From Candidatus Bathyarchaeia archaeon (lineage in GTDB: Archaea > Thermoproteota > Bathyarchaeia > Bathyarchaeales > DTEX01): a stretch of 64,000 nucleotides of DNA. Shown piece by piece: positions 17,743-26,757 of this stretch. Positions within the stretch are counted from its first letter, which is position 1. Each line of letters begins with the position of its first letter. The stretch lies in NCBI GenBank assembly GCA_038868075.1, contig JAWBXB010000005.1, positions 43,540-107,539 on the forward strand. Reading direction: 5' to 3'. The notes beneath the pieces were generated by a model, which saw nothing but the letters and a program-made list of their open reading frames with translations, ran no database searches and was not told the origin of the DNA. The position numbers and the translations under genes were made by a program.

Positions 17743-18306
17743 TTATAAGGAAGATTTTTCTAGACTTTTCATAATAACCTCTAATACTTTTTTCACACAT
17801 TCCTCAGGACTAAGTTTGTCTGTTTCAACAATAACTTCCGGGTTTAATGGCTCCTCATATGGAGCTCCTAAACCTGGAACCGTTTTACTCTCACCTTTAA
17901 GGGCTTTAGCGTATATATCTTTCGGCGCACCATAAAAATTTATGCCACGTTTCTTTTCTCTTTCAATGCAAACCTCTAATGGACATTTAACATAAACCTC
18001 CATAAACCTTGAGATTGCTTGTCTGGCGTGATCACGATATTTGCGCCTATTACCGGTCGCATCAATAATTACGTTCACACCATTATCCGTTAGCAATTTA
18101 GCAATATAAACAAGCGTTCCATAAACTATATCACGTTCCTCCTCAGTATACTTGGGATTAGGAGTTATGATCTTACGTAAAGCATCCGAAGAAACAATTT
18201 GAACGTTAATTCCCATTAACTTAAGCTTATCGGCTAATAAATATGCGATAGTTGACTTACCACTACCAGGTAAACCAGTGATCCAAATGCACCAGCCAAT
18301 CCTCAT
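17743..18306 (-). CDS. Adenylylsulfate (APS) kinase-like P-loop kinase
   Basis: The Walker A motif ITGLPGSGKSTIA, plus IDATGNRRKYRDHAR and PGLGAPYEEPLNPEV, parallels the CysC family layout. Confidence 0.75.
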   Translation of the reverse strand: MRIGWCIWITGLPGSGKSTIAYLLADKLKLMGINVQIVSSDALRKIITPNPKYTEEERDIVYGTLVYIAKLLTDNGVNVIIDATGNRRKYRDHARQAISRFMEVYVKCPLEVCIEREKKRGINFYGAPKDIYAKALKGESKTVPGLGAPYEEPLNPEVIVETDKLSPEECVKKVLEVIMKSLEKSSL

Positions 18307-18342
18307 AACGAACCCGTCTAGAGTAGCAGCATATGCTCCTGT

Positions 18343-19455
18343 TTAAAAATAGATGTTGATGTCTTTTATGCTTAATTTCTCCAGTCTAAGAACATTCATT
18401 ATGAAGTTAAATATTTTTGTTCTTGTTTCTTTTGTTAGGTTTGGGTACCATATTGGTGATGCTATTACTAGTCCTCTCCATGCGTAGTATGGTTGTATGA
18501 CTGTTAGGATTTCTTCGTCTCCAGTTTTGTTTAGGTAGTTTTCCCAGAATATCTCAAATAGCTTCCTGAAGGGATCTTTTATTTCACCGTATGCCTGCAG
18601 CGAGTAGAATAGGTAGTTTATTGTCATGGCTGCTAGGTCGTCTGCCGGCTCACCCCATTCGCCGCGACTGCGGTCTAGGGCTGTGAAGTCCGTTCCCTCG
18701 CGGAATAGTATGTTCCATGGGTGGAAGTCTCCGTGGACCCTAGCGCATCTATAGGCTTTCTTCTTTAGCTTCCAGCGCCACTCAACACATTTTCGTTCAA
18801 TCTCCATCAGGGTCTTCTCGTCAGCGTAATCTAGTCCAGCTGGATAGCTGTCTATTAATCCCATTATGCATTCTCCATGCCCAATTAAGTCTCTAACTCG
18901 TCGAATATAAAGTGATTCCAGCCCAGCGCCCTTAACCGAATGGATTTCAACGAGATAGTTTGATAGAGCTAGGCAACGCTCAATATCTAGGCTTGTTAAT
19001 TCGCCCCTAGCCTTTATCGCCTCTAAATCCAAGTAGTAAGGTTTACCCTCAACAAACTCTGTTAATATAAAGAATTCTCTGCAGTCTCCAAGCGATTTTA
19101 ATGTTCCATTAGCCGTGAATGCTCCAACATCAATAGATCTGACGTGTTTTGGAAGTTTGTTGAATGCTGAGTGCTGCCATAAAAGTATCTGAGCCCTATC
19201 AGAGAAGTGTTCATGCCCAAATCCACTTGGCCTAATTGTCTCTAAAACAACTCTCTTAACCTCGTCGTTAACGGTTACCTCAATTAAGTATGGAATGCCG
19301 TAACCGAACCCCTTAAGCTCCTCACCACTCTTCTCCTTTCCAGAAACAATCTCTAAAACCCTTAGGACATCGGCTTTGGGACCGTAAACTTCATGAAAAT
19401 ACTTTCTTAAACTCTCTGAGCCTGATAAGGCTATCTCCATTAAAATATCCTCCAT
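18343..19455 (-). CDS. Aminoglycoside/choline kinase-like phosphotransferase (APH family)
   Basis: Catalytic-loop motif VHGDFHPWNILF and a downstream D-containing segment. 370 aa, 36 nt upstream of the P-loop kinase on the same strand. Confidence 0.75.
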   Translation of the reverse strand: MEDILMEIALSGSESLRKYFHEVYGPKADVLRVLEIVSGKEKSGEELKGFGYGIPYLIEVTVNDEVKRVVLETIRPSGFGHEHFSDRAQILLWQHSAFNKLPKHVRSIDVGAFTANGTLKSLGDCREFFILTEFVEGKPYYLDLEAIKARGELTSLDIERCLALSNYLVEIHSVKGAGLESLYIRRVRDLIGHGECIMGLIDSYPAGLDYADEKTLMEIERKCVEWRWKLKKKAYRCARVHGDFHPWNILFREGTDFTALDRSRGEWGEPADDLAAMTINYLFYSLQAYGEIKDPFRKLFEIFWENYLNKTGDEEILTVIQPYYAWRGLVIASPIWYPNLTKETRTKIFNFIMNVLRLEKLSIKDINIYF

Positions 19456-19515
19456 AAACTATTTATGGTAACATTCAGGTTAAATTTAAAAATCCTGTTG
19501 TAGATGAGGCTATAA

Positions 19516-20397
19516 GTGTTCACGATGCCTAAAATAATGAGTCCAAAGGCTATAGGTATTCTTTTTGGGATCTTAGCCGGAGCCATGTGGTCTATTGAAG
19601 CCATTATCGGAAAAACCCTCCTACCATCACTAAGCTTCATGCAGGTTGCAGCTTCAGAAGCATTCTTTGCATCTATAACATCGCTGGCATATGTCCTATT
19701 AAGTAGGAAGCCGCTACTATATAAGGATCTCTCTAAAAGACATATTAATTGTTGGAATTGTTGGTTCAGTAATAGCTCCAGCAGCCTACTTTCTAGGGCT
19801 CTCATGGACATTTACGATAAACGCCGCCCTACTTGCACATATACAGCCTCTCTTCGTTTCAATTCTAGGCTTAGTCTTACTAAATGAGAAGGTACGTAAG
19901 ATGATATTATTAGTGGATTAATGATAGGTTTAGCAGCCATCTTAATAACTAGCAGGAGAATTGAGAATTTAGCAACCTTAAGACTTGGAAATCTGGGCGA
20001 CATAATGGTTTTGCTTGCAACATTAGGCTGGGCTATCGTGGCTATACCCGGCAAACGCCTAGCTGGATCTATTGATAGCTTTCTAATAGTTAGCTACAGG
20101 TTTCTAATTGCATCAGCAACCTTCTTACCCATAATGGTTATCTTAAATCAGCTAACAATAGAGTCTGTTTACCAAATAATTCTTGGAGTAGTTGCAGGCT
20201 TAGGATACATATTCTATTATGAGGGGCTTAAGAGGATAAAGGCTGGGCAAGTCGCACTTACAGAACTCTAATCACCCCTCTTCACAGCTGTTCTAGCATG
20301 GCTAATCCTTAATGAACACTTAACGATGATACAGGTCCTTGGGTCAATATTGCTTATTGCAGGGCTAATTTTGCTAGCGCGAAAGGAGCAGGAATAA
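19516..20397 (+). pseudogene. EamA/DMT-family transporter, disrupted by two frameshifts and one in-frame TAA
   Basis: EamA-like sequence runs through frame A (19516 to about 19735) and frame B (about 19739-19918: DILIVGIVGSVIAPAAYFLGLSWTFTINAALLAHIQPLFVSILGLVLLNEK). It then returns to frame A (19900 onward: DDIISGLMIGLAAILI...GQVALTEL), hits TAA at 20269-20271, and continues SPLFTAVLAWLILNEHLTMIQVLGSILLIAGLILLARKEQE* to 20397. Confidence 0.75.
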
Positions 20398-20509
20398 ATT
20401 TTAGGCTCTAGACCGAAAGGAAAAATGAAGATGGAGGCTGTTAATCTCAGGTTTCGGCAACTTTTATTTATGTTAACGATTTAAAAGTAATTGTTTTGGA
20501 GGGTGTTTT

Positions 20510-21856
20510 ATGGATCTCGTAATATTTGGCGGGACAATTATTACAATGGGAAATAAGGGTATTGTACGTAATGGCGCTATCGTGGTGGAGGATAATATTA
20601 TAGTTGATATTGGGAAGAGTGATGAAATTAAGCATAAGTATCCAAGGTATGAGAAGATCGATGCAGGCGGGAAGGTTGTGATGCCCGGACTTATCAATAC
20701 GCATCAACATGCGGCTATGAGCCTACTGAGAGGGTATGCCGACGATTATCCTCTTAAGGAGTGGCTTGAGAGGTGGGTTTGGCCCTTAGAGAGACATATG
20801 ACTGGCTATGATATCTATGTTGGCGCGCTTCTGACTGCTGTTGAATCAGTTATGAGTGGAACAACAACTATTAATACAATGTACCATTACGCTGAGGATT
20901 ATAATGAGGCTATGGCTCTAGCCGAAGTTGGATTACGTGGAGTTGTTGGACATGTATGCTTCTCATGGCGCAAGGAGCAGGACGTAAAAGCCCTAGAGGA
21001 TTCCGCAAGAAGATGGCATAAGGGAGCTAATGGGAGAATACGTGTTAGTGTTGACCCCCACGCCCCATACACTGTTGATCCAGAGTACATGAGGGAGCTA
21101 AGAGCCATAACACGTGAATTAAATGAGAAATACGCTTCAACAGATGCTCCGATAATGTGGCACATACATTTAGCTGAAACTGAAGATGAAGCGCAGAAGA
21201 TTAAGGACTCATTTGGCATCTCCATATCTAATGGCGTCGTAGATTATGTAGATTCGTTGGGCGTCTTAGGCGGAGACGTTATTGCAGCACACTGCGTCCA
21301 CCTAACGCCAAGGGACATAGAGATCTTAAGCCTGAGGGGAGTTAAGGTTGCCCACAACCCCATCTCAAACATGAAACTGGCTTCCGGAGTTAGTCCCGTT
21401 CCTAAACTTTTGAGGGCTGGTGTAACGGTAGCTCTTGGAACAGATAGTCCCTGCTCAAATAATTCAGCGGACATGTTTGAGGTTATGAAGTTTGCCGCGC
21501 TCATACATAAAGGCGTTAATAGGGATCCAACTTTACTACCAGCTGAAACTGTTCTTGGGATGGCGACGATCGACGGTGCTAAAGCTCTCCTATGGGATAG
21601 GGAAATAGGATCCATTGAGATAGGCAAAAAAGCCGACATAATCATAGCTGACTTTCAGAGACCACATTTATGGCCACTCTACAGCGAGATAAGCCACATA
21701 GTTTATGCTGCCAAGGCATCGGATGTTGAGATGGTTATGGTTGATGGACGTATAATCATGGAGAACAGAGAGCTAAAAACTGTTAGGATTGAGAAGGTTA
21801 TGGAGAAAGCTAGGAAAGTTCAAGAGAGACTGCTTGAATGCGTAAGTGCGAGATAA
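20510..21856 (+). CDS. mtaD: Amidohydrolase, 5'-methylthioadenosine/S-adenosylhomocysteine deaminase family
   Basis: PGLINTHQHAAMSLLRGYADD, HLAET and GTDS motifs typical of the MtaD/chlorohydrolase subgroup. Confidence 0.8.
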   Translation: MDLVIFGGTIITMGNKGIVRNGAIVVEDNIIVDIGKSDEIKHKYPRYEKIDAGGKVVMPGLINTHQHAAMSLLRGYADDYPLKEWLERWVWPLERHMTGYDIYVGALLTAVESVMSGTTTINTMYHYAEDYNEAMALAEVGLRGVVGHVCFSWRKEQDVKALEDSARRWHKGANGRIRVSVDPHAPYTVDPEYMRELRAITRELNEKYASTDAPIMWHIHLAETEDEAQKIKDSFGISISNGVVDYVDSLGVLGGDVIAAHCVHLTPRDIEILSLRGVKVAHNPISNMKLASGVSPVPKLLRAGVTVALGTDSPCSNNSADMFEVMKFAALIHKGVNRDPTLLPAETVLGMATIDGAKALLWDREIGSIEIGKKADIIIADFQRPHLWPLYSEISHIVYAAKASDVEMVMVDGRIIMENRELKTVRIEKVMEKARKVQERLLECVSAR

Positions 21857-22028
21857 TTTTCCCTTTTAGGAGAATTTACTATTCAGGCAAGTCCATTTAG
21901 ATTGATTAGGTCAGGGGTTACGCCGATATACGTATATACCTAAATCTTTGAACTCTAAAAATGAGATTTTATCTGAAATTTTTAACAGTAGTTTAGATAA
22001 TTCTAGGGAAGATATAAGCCCTCATCCT

Positions 22029-23225
22029 CTACTTATACTGAAATTTACCATACTGGCTCTTTATAGTCAATTTGTTCTCTCCATCGCTCTCTTCGCATCT
22101 TCCAATGACCTTTGCCCCTAAATTAAATTTTTCAGAGAGGCTGATCACATCATCGGCAGCTTCTGGTTTCACTATTACTTCGAAACCAACGCCCATATTA
22201 TAGTTCTCAAACATTGCCCTCCAGGATTCGCCTGATTCGCGCTGTATTAGAATAAAGATTGGGTCTGGATCAAAAAGATCATCCTTAATATAATGGATAT
22301 TTCGGCCTATACGTAAACACTTTGTCTGTCCACCGCCAGTATTATGAATTAACCCGGAAATATACGTGCCAAATCTCTCCATAATTTTTAGGACAACTGG
22401 CGCATAGAATCTTGTTGGCGAAAGTATCGCCTCACCAACTGTCATACCGAGATCATCCAAGTAATCATCAAACCTGAATCTGCCATAGTAGGATCTTTTG
22501 CCTCCATGAGGTTCACATATTTCCGGATACTTTTCTTGGTAGATTTTATGCATTAGGCATAGTCGCGCCAGAGTTAAACCATTACACATTATACCGCTGT
22601 TATCCTTCCGCTCATAAATCGTTCTCCCACCGCTCCTAAGTCCTATAATTAAATCTTTTGGCTCGATTTTTCCACCATCCAAAACCTTAGATAAATTCAC
22701 ACGTCCGTTCATTGTCGCCGCTAAATCAAGTGTCCTTAACTGATCTGGTAAGTCAGCTGTTTCACCGCCAGAGAAGAGAATCTTTACACCTAAGCTGCTT
22801 AAAACATCAATGCTCTCTTTAAAGCCAGCGCTTAAAGCCTTCAAAACCCCAGTTTTATCAACCTTAAGCGGATTTAGAGATATATAATCCACGAAATTTA
22901 TTGGCGATGCCCCCACACAAATAATATCATCTAGGTTCATAGCTAACGCATCCTGCGCTAAACCCTTAAACCAATTTATATCCCCCGTTTCCTTCCAATG
23001 TAGGTATGCTTGAACTGGTTTGCTACCAACACCATCAGTATGAGTCACTAATCCGTATCCTGAAAAATCCGGATCTTCATTAATAACGCAGAAAGCGTTA
23101 GGGAAAAGATTGCTTAAAACCTTCCTAAAATATTCTATACCTCTCTTCCTAACGTCTACACCGGACTCAGCATATTTTGTTTCCATGGGATCACCAATGC
23201 TACCTCTGATAAATTTTAGTGGCAT
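22029..23225 (-). CDS. PurM-like (AIR synthase superfamily) protein
   Basis: YAESGVD, THTDGVGSK, GGETADLP, HNTGGG and YNMGVGF are collinear with the E. coli PurM blocks (recalled). It is longer and more divergent than typical PurM. Confidence 0.6.
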   Translation of the reverse strand: MPLKFIRGSIGDPMETKYAESGVDVRKRGIEYFRKVLSNLFPNAFCVINEDPDFSGYGLVTHTDGVGSKPVQAYLHWKETGDINWFKGLAQDALAMNLDDIICVGASPINFVDYISLNPLKVDKTGVLKALSAGFKESIDVLSSLGVKILFSGGETADLPDQLRTLDLAATMNGRVNLSKVLDGGKIEPKDLIIGLRSGGRTIYERKDNSGIMCNGLTLARLCLMHKIYQEKYPEICEPHGGKRSYYGRFRFDDYLDDLGMTVGEAILSPTRFYAPVVLKIMERFGTYISGLIHNTGGGQTKCLRIGRNIHYIKDDLFDPDPIFILIQRESGESWRAMFENYNMGVGFEVIVKPEAADDVISLSEKFNLGAKVIGRCEESDGENKLTIKSQYGKFQYK

Positions 23226-23295
23226 AAAAATATAAATTTAGAAGCTGAAGTTTATGTTTAAGCCAAAAATAATAGGGTAAGTATTTAACCAAAAT

Positions 23296-23964
23296 TCACT
23301 TATATAGTTCCTCTACGATCTTCATTCTCCATTTCTCACTTTCAAGAGTTCTAAGCTTATATACTTCTTCCTCAGAAAGCAATATTGGTCCACCTAAAAT
23401 CTTTGCTATTAACACCATTCTAGCGAAGTCTTCTAGGAGCTCGGCTCTCTGGAATGCTTGCTCAAGATTTGCTCCTAAAGTTATTATTCCATGATTCTTC
23501 ATTAGTAGAGCATTTACATCTTTTAATGATTCAGCAACCTTCCTAGCATACTCCATAGTTGTTGGCGTCGCATATTCCATAAGGGGAATTCTACCAATTT
23601 GTATTATAACCTCGGTGAATGTCGGTATATTTAGTGAAACCCCAGCGCATGCAAAACCACCACATATTGGTGGATGAGCATGAACTATTGCATTAACATC
23701 GGATCTCATTTCATAAATCATGAGATGCCAAGGCGCATCCGTGGAGGGAGGATATTTCCCTTCAAGAACCTCGCCCTTCAAGTTCAGTTTAACGATGTGT
23801 TCCGGCATCATATCAGCCAAGGAGAAACCGCTTGGCTTAATTAAAATCTCACTTTTAGATGTTCTAGCACTTATGCTTCCACCAGCACCGCTAGTTAAAT
23901 GCCTCTCATAGAGTCTTCTTCCAATTTTGCAGAGCTCTTCACGTAATTTTGCTTCCTCACTCAA
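23296..23964 (-). CDS. Class II aldolase/adducin-family protein (fuculose-P aldolase / ribulose-5-P 4-epimerase-like)
   Basis: GAGGSISAR, the metal-binding HAHPP motif and the NHGIITLG block. Confidence 0.8.
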   Translation of the reverse strand: MSEEAKLREELCKIGRRLYERHLTSGAGGSISARTSKSEILIKPSGFSLADMMPEHIVKLNLKGEVLEGKYPPSTDAPWHLMIYEMRSDVNAIVHAHPPICGGFACAGVSLNIPTFTEVIIQIGRIPLMEYATPTTMEYARKVAESLKDVNALLMKNHGIITLGANLEQAFQRAELLEDFARMVLIAKILGGPILLSEEEVYKLRTLESEKWRMKIVEELYK

Positions 23965-24001
23965 AACTGCTCACCATATAAGAAAAATAAAGAAGCTAGA
24001 T

Positions 24002-25552
24002 TTAAACGAGATTATAAAGCTCTCTATAGAATTCTTTAACTCTCTCATAGAGCTTTAAGTACAATTCATAGTATTTATCGTAAATCTTAGATGTCTCCGG
24101 ATCGGGCTCCTGTATACCAGCCGCTTTAATCCAGTCCCTTATAACCTCATAACCCTTAAGAACACCTGTTCCGACACCGCTTAAGAGCGCATCTCCAAGT
24201 GGCGTTCCAGGATGCTCAGCAACATACACAAGCGGGAACTTTGTTACATCAGCAAATATCTTCCTCCAGAGTGGAGATTTGGCTCCGCCGTCCACTATAC
24301 CCATTCTAGGCTTTAATGGAATATTAGCAGCTCTAGCCGTATCATTATTGTGCCGTAAAGCGTAAGCAGCTCCCTCCATTAGCGCCCTAAATATATGAGC
24401 TCTTGTATGGGTTAATGTTAAGCCTATTATAAGCCCCTTTGAGTATGGATCCCATATAGGTGTCCGCTCACCCATGAAGTATGGTAGAATAATCAAACCC
24501 TCTGAACCAGGCGGAACCTTCTCAGCTTCCATGTCTAAAATTTTGTATGGGCTTAATCCAATCTGCTTTCCAAGTGATACCTCAATCTGTCCAAATTGAT
24601 CCCTAAACCATCTCAGCATACCGCCGGATGTCGCCGATCCACCAAATGTATAGAGTTTTCGTGTATCATATGCCACATGTGGATAATTAACCAATTTAGG
24701 AGTTAATCTTAACTCATCTTGAATTACACTCCAGCATGTTGATGTTCCAACCATAGCTGAGTGTTCACCTTCATCGATGCATCCAAGACTTAGGGCTGCA
24801 ACAGGAGCATCTATGCCACCAGCGCATACTGGAGTCCCCTTCTTTAGCCCACATAGCTTACTTCCCTCCTCAGTTATTTCCCCTACAATTGTTTTTGCCT
24901 CAACAATTTTTTCTGGGAAGAAGCTTCTGGGTATACCCATTTCATCCATTAGCTTTTCAGACCAATCTCTCTTATGTATATCAAATATTCCACCGTAATT
25001 TCCAGCTGAAGAATAATCTATGCAAACTACGCCAGTTAATCGATATACACAGTAACCATTAATTGTCATAAGCTGCCTCGTCTTTTCCCACGTCTTAGGC
25101 TCTTTAAACTTGAGCCAAAGCATTTTAGTGAAACCAAAGTACGTGTCTATTGTGTTGCCAGTAATCTTAAAGATCTCCTCCTCACCTATATTCTTCCTAA
25201 CCCATTCAACCTCCTCAACAGCCCTTCTATCCATCCATATAAGACAAGGCCTTATAGGCTCCATATTCTCATCACAAGGTATACCGGAACCACTGTAAAG
25301 CCCACTAATAGATAATCCACCTATCTCCGAGGGATCAACCTTAGATTTAGCGAGAACCTCCCGAATAGTATTACATACCGCGTCAAGCCAAACTTGAGGC
25401 CACTGTTCAGCCCAAAGAGGCCTCGGAGATATAATATCAGTTTCCTGAAAAGCCTCGGCTAATATTTTCCCTTCAGCGTCAACAAGCACCGTTTTAGTAC
25501 CAAAGGTTCCAATATCGGTACCTATAAGAAAATTCCCCTCAGCCAAAAACAT
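24002..25552 (-). CDS. FGGY-family carbohydrate kinase (xylulokinase/pentulose kinase-like)
   Basis: N-terminal GTDIGTFGTK, plus GGSATSGGMLRW and GGGAKSPLW motifs. 516 aa. Confidence 0.85.
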   Translation of the reverse strand: MFLAEGNFLIGTDIGTFGTKTVLVDAEGKILAEAFQETDIISPRPLWAEQWPQVWLDAVCNTIREVLAKSKVDPSEIGGLSISGLYSGSGIPCDENMEPIRPCLIWMDRRAVEEVEWVRKNIGEEEIFKITGNTIDTYFGFTKMLWLKFKEPKTWEKTRQLMTINGYCVYRLTGVVCIDYSSAGNYGGIFDIHKRDWSEKLMDEMGIPRSFFPEKIVEAKTIVGEITEEGSKLCGLKKGTPVCAGGIDAPVAALSLGCIDEGEHSAMVGTSTCWSVIQDELRLTPKLVNYPHVAYDTRKLYTFGGSATSGGMLRWFRDQFGQIEVSLGKQIGLSPYKILDMEAEKVPPGSEGLIILPYFMGERTPIWDPYSKGLIIGLTLTHTRAHIFRALMEGAAYALRHNNDTARAANIPLKPRMGIVDGGAKSPLWRKIFADVTKFPLVYVAEHPGTPLGDALLSGVGTGVLKGYEVIRDWIKAAGIQEPDPETSKIYDKYYELYLKLYERVKEFYRELYNLV

Positions 25553-25749
25553 TCACCTCTACATGTGAATATATTTGAAGTATCACATGGTTAAAAAGAT
25601 TATCGGAAAAATAAGGAGGAAACCTTAAAACAAAAATAAAAATACCGACCTACCTGCAGAGATAAATTTTTAAATCAGAGAAGTATTCATAATACCTCGA
25701 AATAAACTAAATAATATGTTAGAAGGATAATTTAAATTTGTGAGAATGA

Positions 25750-25827
25750 AGCGGGGTGGGGTAGCCAGGTTAACCCGCTGGGCTCATAACCCAGAGATCG
25801 GTCGTTCAAATCGACCCCCCGCTACCA
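25750..25827 (+). tRNA. Initiator tRNA-Met (anticodon CAU) with genomically encoded CCA
   Basis: Hand-folded cloverleaf. Acceptor AGCGGGG/CCCCGCT with A1:U72. D-stem GGGT/ACCC. Anticodon stem CTGGG/CCCAG with three G:C pairs next to loop CTCATAA. T-arm GGTCG-TTCAAAT-CGACC. Discriminator A followed by CCA. Confidence 0.9.
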
Positions 25828-25828
25828 T
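25816..25828 (+). repeat. Direct repeat copy A (the tRNA 3' end, CCCCCGCTACCAT)
   Basis: Identical 13-mer to 25893-25905. Confidence 0.8.
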
Positions 25829-25892
25829 ATAAATAAAATTTAACGACCGACCACAACCAAGCACACATTCTTCCAGAGACAAAAACATTGTT

Positions 25893-25905
25893 CCCCCGCT
25901 ACCAT
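25893..25905 (+). repeat. Direct repeat copy B (duplicate of the tRNA-Met 3' end, CCCCCGCTACCAT); putative att remnant
   Basis: Exact 13-nt copy 64 bp downstream of the tRNA. My visual scan for CCCCCGCT / AGCGGGGG found no further copy in the window. Confidence 0.7.
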
Positions 25906-26199
25906 CATTCTTGCGAGAGGCTCTATGAGGCTGATTCGATTCTAAACCCTGCCTCCTCTTAACCTCAATGAAGACCTGCGCAACCTGCTTAGCTAGTAAG
26001 ACAATCTCCCTTGTGCTTTTCATCCTCTCCTCAAAATTGTCTCGCTCTATAGATCTCTCCCTACCTGAAATTTATGCTCAAATAAAAGTATAGGATTATC
26101 ATATTCTCAACAAGAATATTAAGGGGATTTTAAGGATACCTTTATTTTTAGTTAAAATAATTTTGGTGTGAAGAGTGGTTTATTCGGAGGTTATGCCAG

Positions 26200-26751
26200 T
26201 TGCCTTTGACGCCGCTTCATTATCCTTTAGTCTACCTTATTTATAAGGTTGATAGGAAACTTGTTTTGCCGGGTTTAATTGTAGGTTCAATGTTTCCAGA
26301 CATTGAAGTCCCAATTCTATTGATTATTTTTGGATTCGAAGGAAGGTCTAGACTCGTACTTCATAGCTTAATTGGGGCGGCAACTGTTGGAACCCTAGTT
26401 TCTTTGGCAGTAACAATTTATTTTTATCCTCTTTTAATCAGCGCATTTTTCCCTCTTAAACTAAATAAAATTAGAGAGAAATGTAGATTTTCGTACTCAC
26501 TTGTTGCATCATGTCTGCTTGGCAACATCTCTCACATATTATTGGATTATATAAATCACGATTATAACCCACTATTCTGGCCGCTTATAACACCAAGTGA
26601 AATTTCATCAAGTCCGATATGCTATTTTCTAGGAGGGACGGGGAGGACCACCTTAATAATTCAAACAATATTAGTCGCCATTCTCATAATTATATTTGTA
26701 AGTAAACGTGATAAAATTTGGGAGAAACTCTTAATTGGCGACGATCTTTAG
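26200..26751 (+). CDS. DUF4184-like polytopic membrane protein (putative metal-dependent hydrolase fold)
   Basis: The N-terminal (M)PLTPLHYP...GSMFPDIEV and later HSLIGA / HILLDYINHD His-rich motifs resemble DUF4184. There are several TM helices. Confidence 0.5.
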   Translation: MPLTPLHYPLVYLIYKVDRKLVLPGLIVGSMFPDIEVPILLIIFGFEGRSRLVLHSLIGAATVGTLVSLAVTIYFYPLLISAFFPLKLNKIREKCRFSYSLVASCLLGNISHILLDYINHDYNPLFWPLITPSEISSSPICYFLGGTGRTTLIIQTILVAILIIIFVSKRDKIWEKLLIGDDL

Positions 26752-26757
26752 GCGTTT

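Noticed and set aside
19440-20054. Two minus-strand ORFs (123 aa and 80 aa) opposite the EamA region
   Set aside because: They are antisense to clear EamA-homologous sequence, have no motifs, and are most simply shadow ORFs of the pseudogene.
20269-20271. In-frame TAA in the EamA gene as stop-codon recoding (Sec/Pyl-like)
   Set aside because: TAA is not a known recoded codon in archaea. The same gene also carries two frameshifts, so decay is the simpler explanation.
25702-25739. Assignment of a specific TATA box/BRE for the tRNA-Met promoter
   Set aside because: There are two AT-rich candidates (CTAAATAATA near 25707 and TTTAAAT at 25731). The nearer one is too close to the mature 5' end for the canonical -26 spacing. 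I cannot choose between them without TSS data.
25921-25960. GATTCGATTC stretch after the tRNA 3'-end duplicate as a second (pseudo-)tRNA T-arm
   Set aside because: The flanking bases do not form a 5-bp T-stem or any acceptor or anticodon arm, so no cloverleaf can be drawn.
25784-26023. 79-aa minus-strand ORF as a functional gene
   Set aside because: Its 3' third is the reverse complement of the tRNA-Met gene, so a full-length functional CDS is implausible. Only its 5' part is discussed, as a possible integrase-fragment relic in the att-scar finding.
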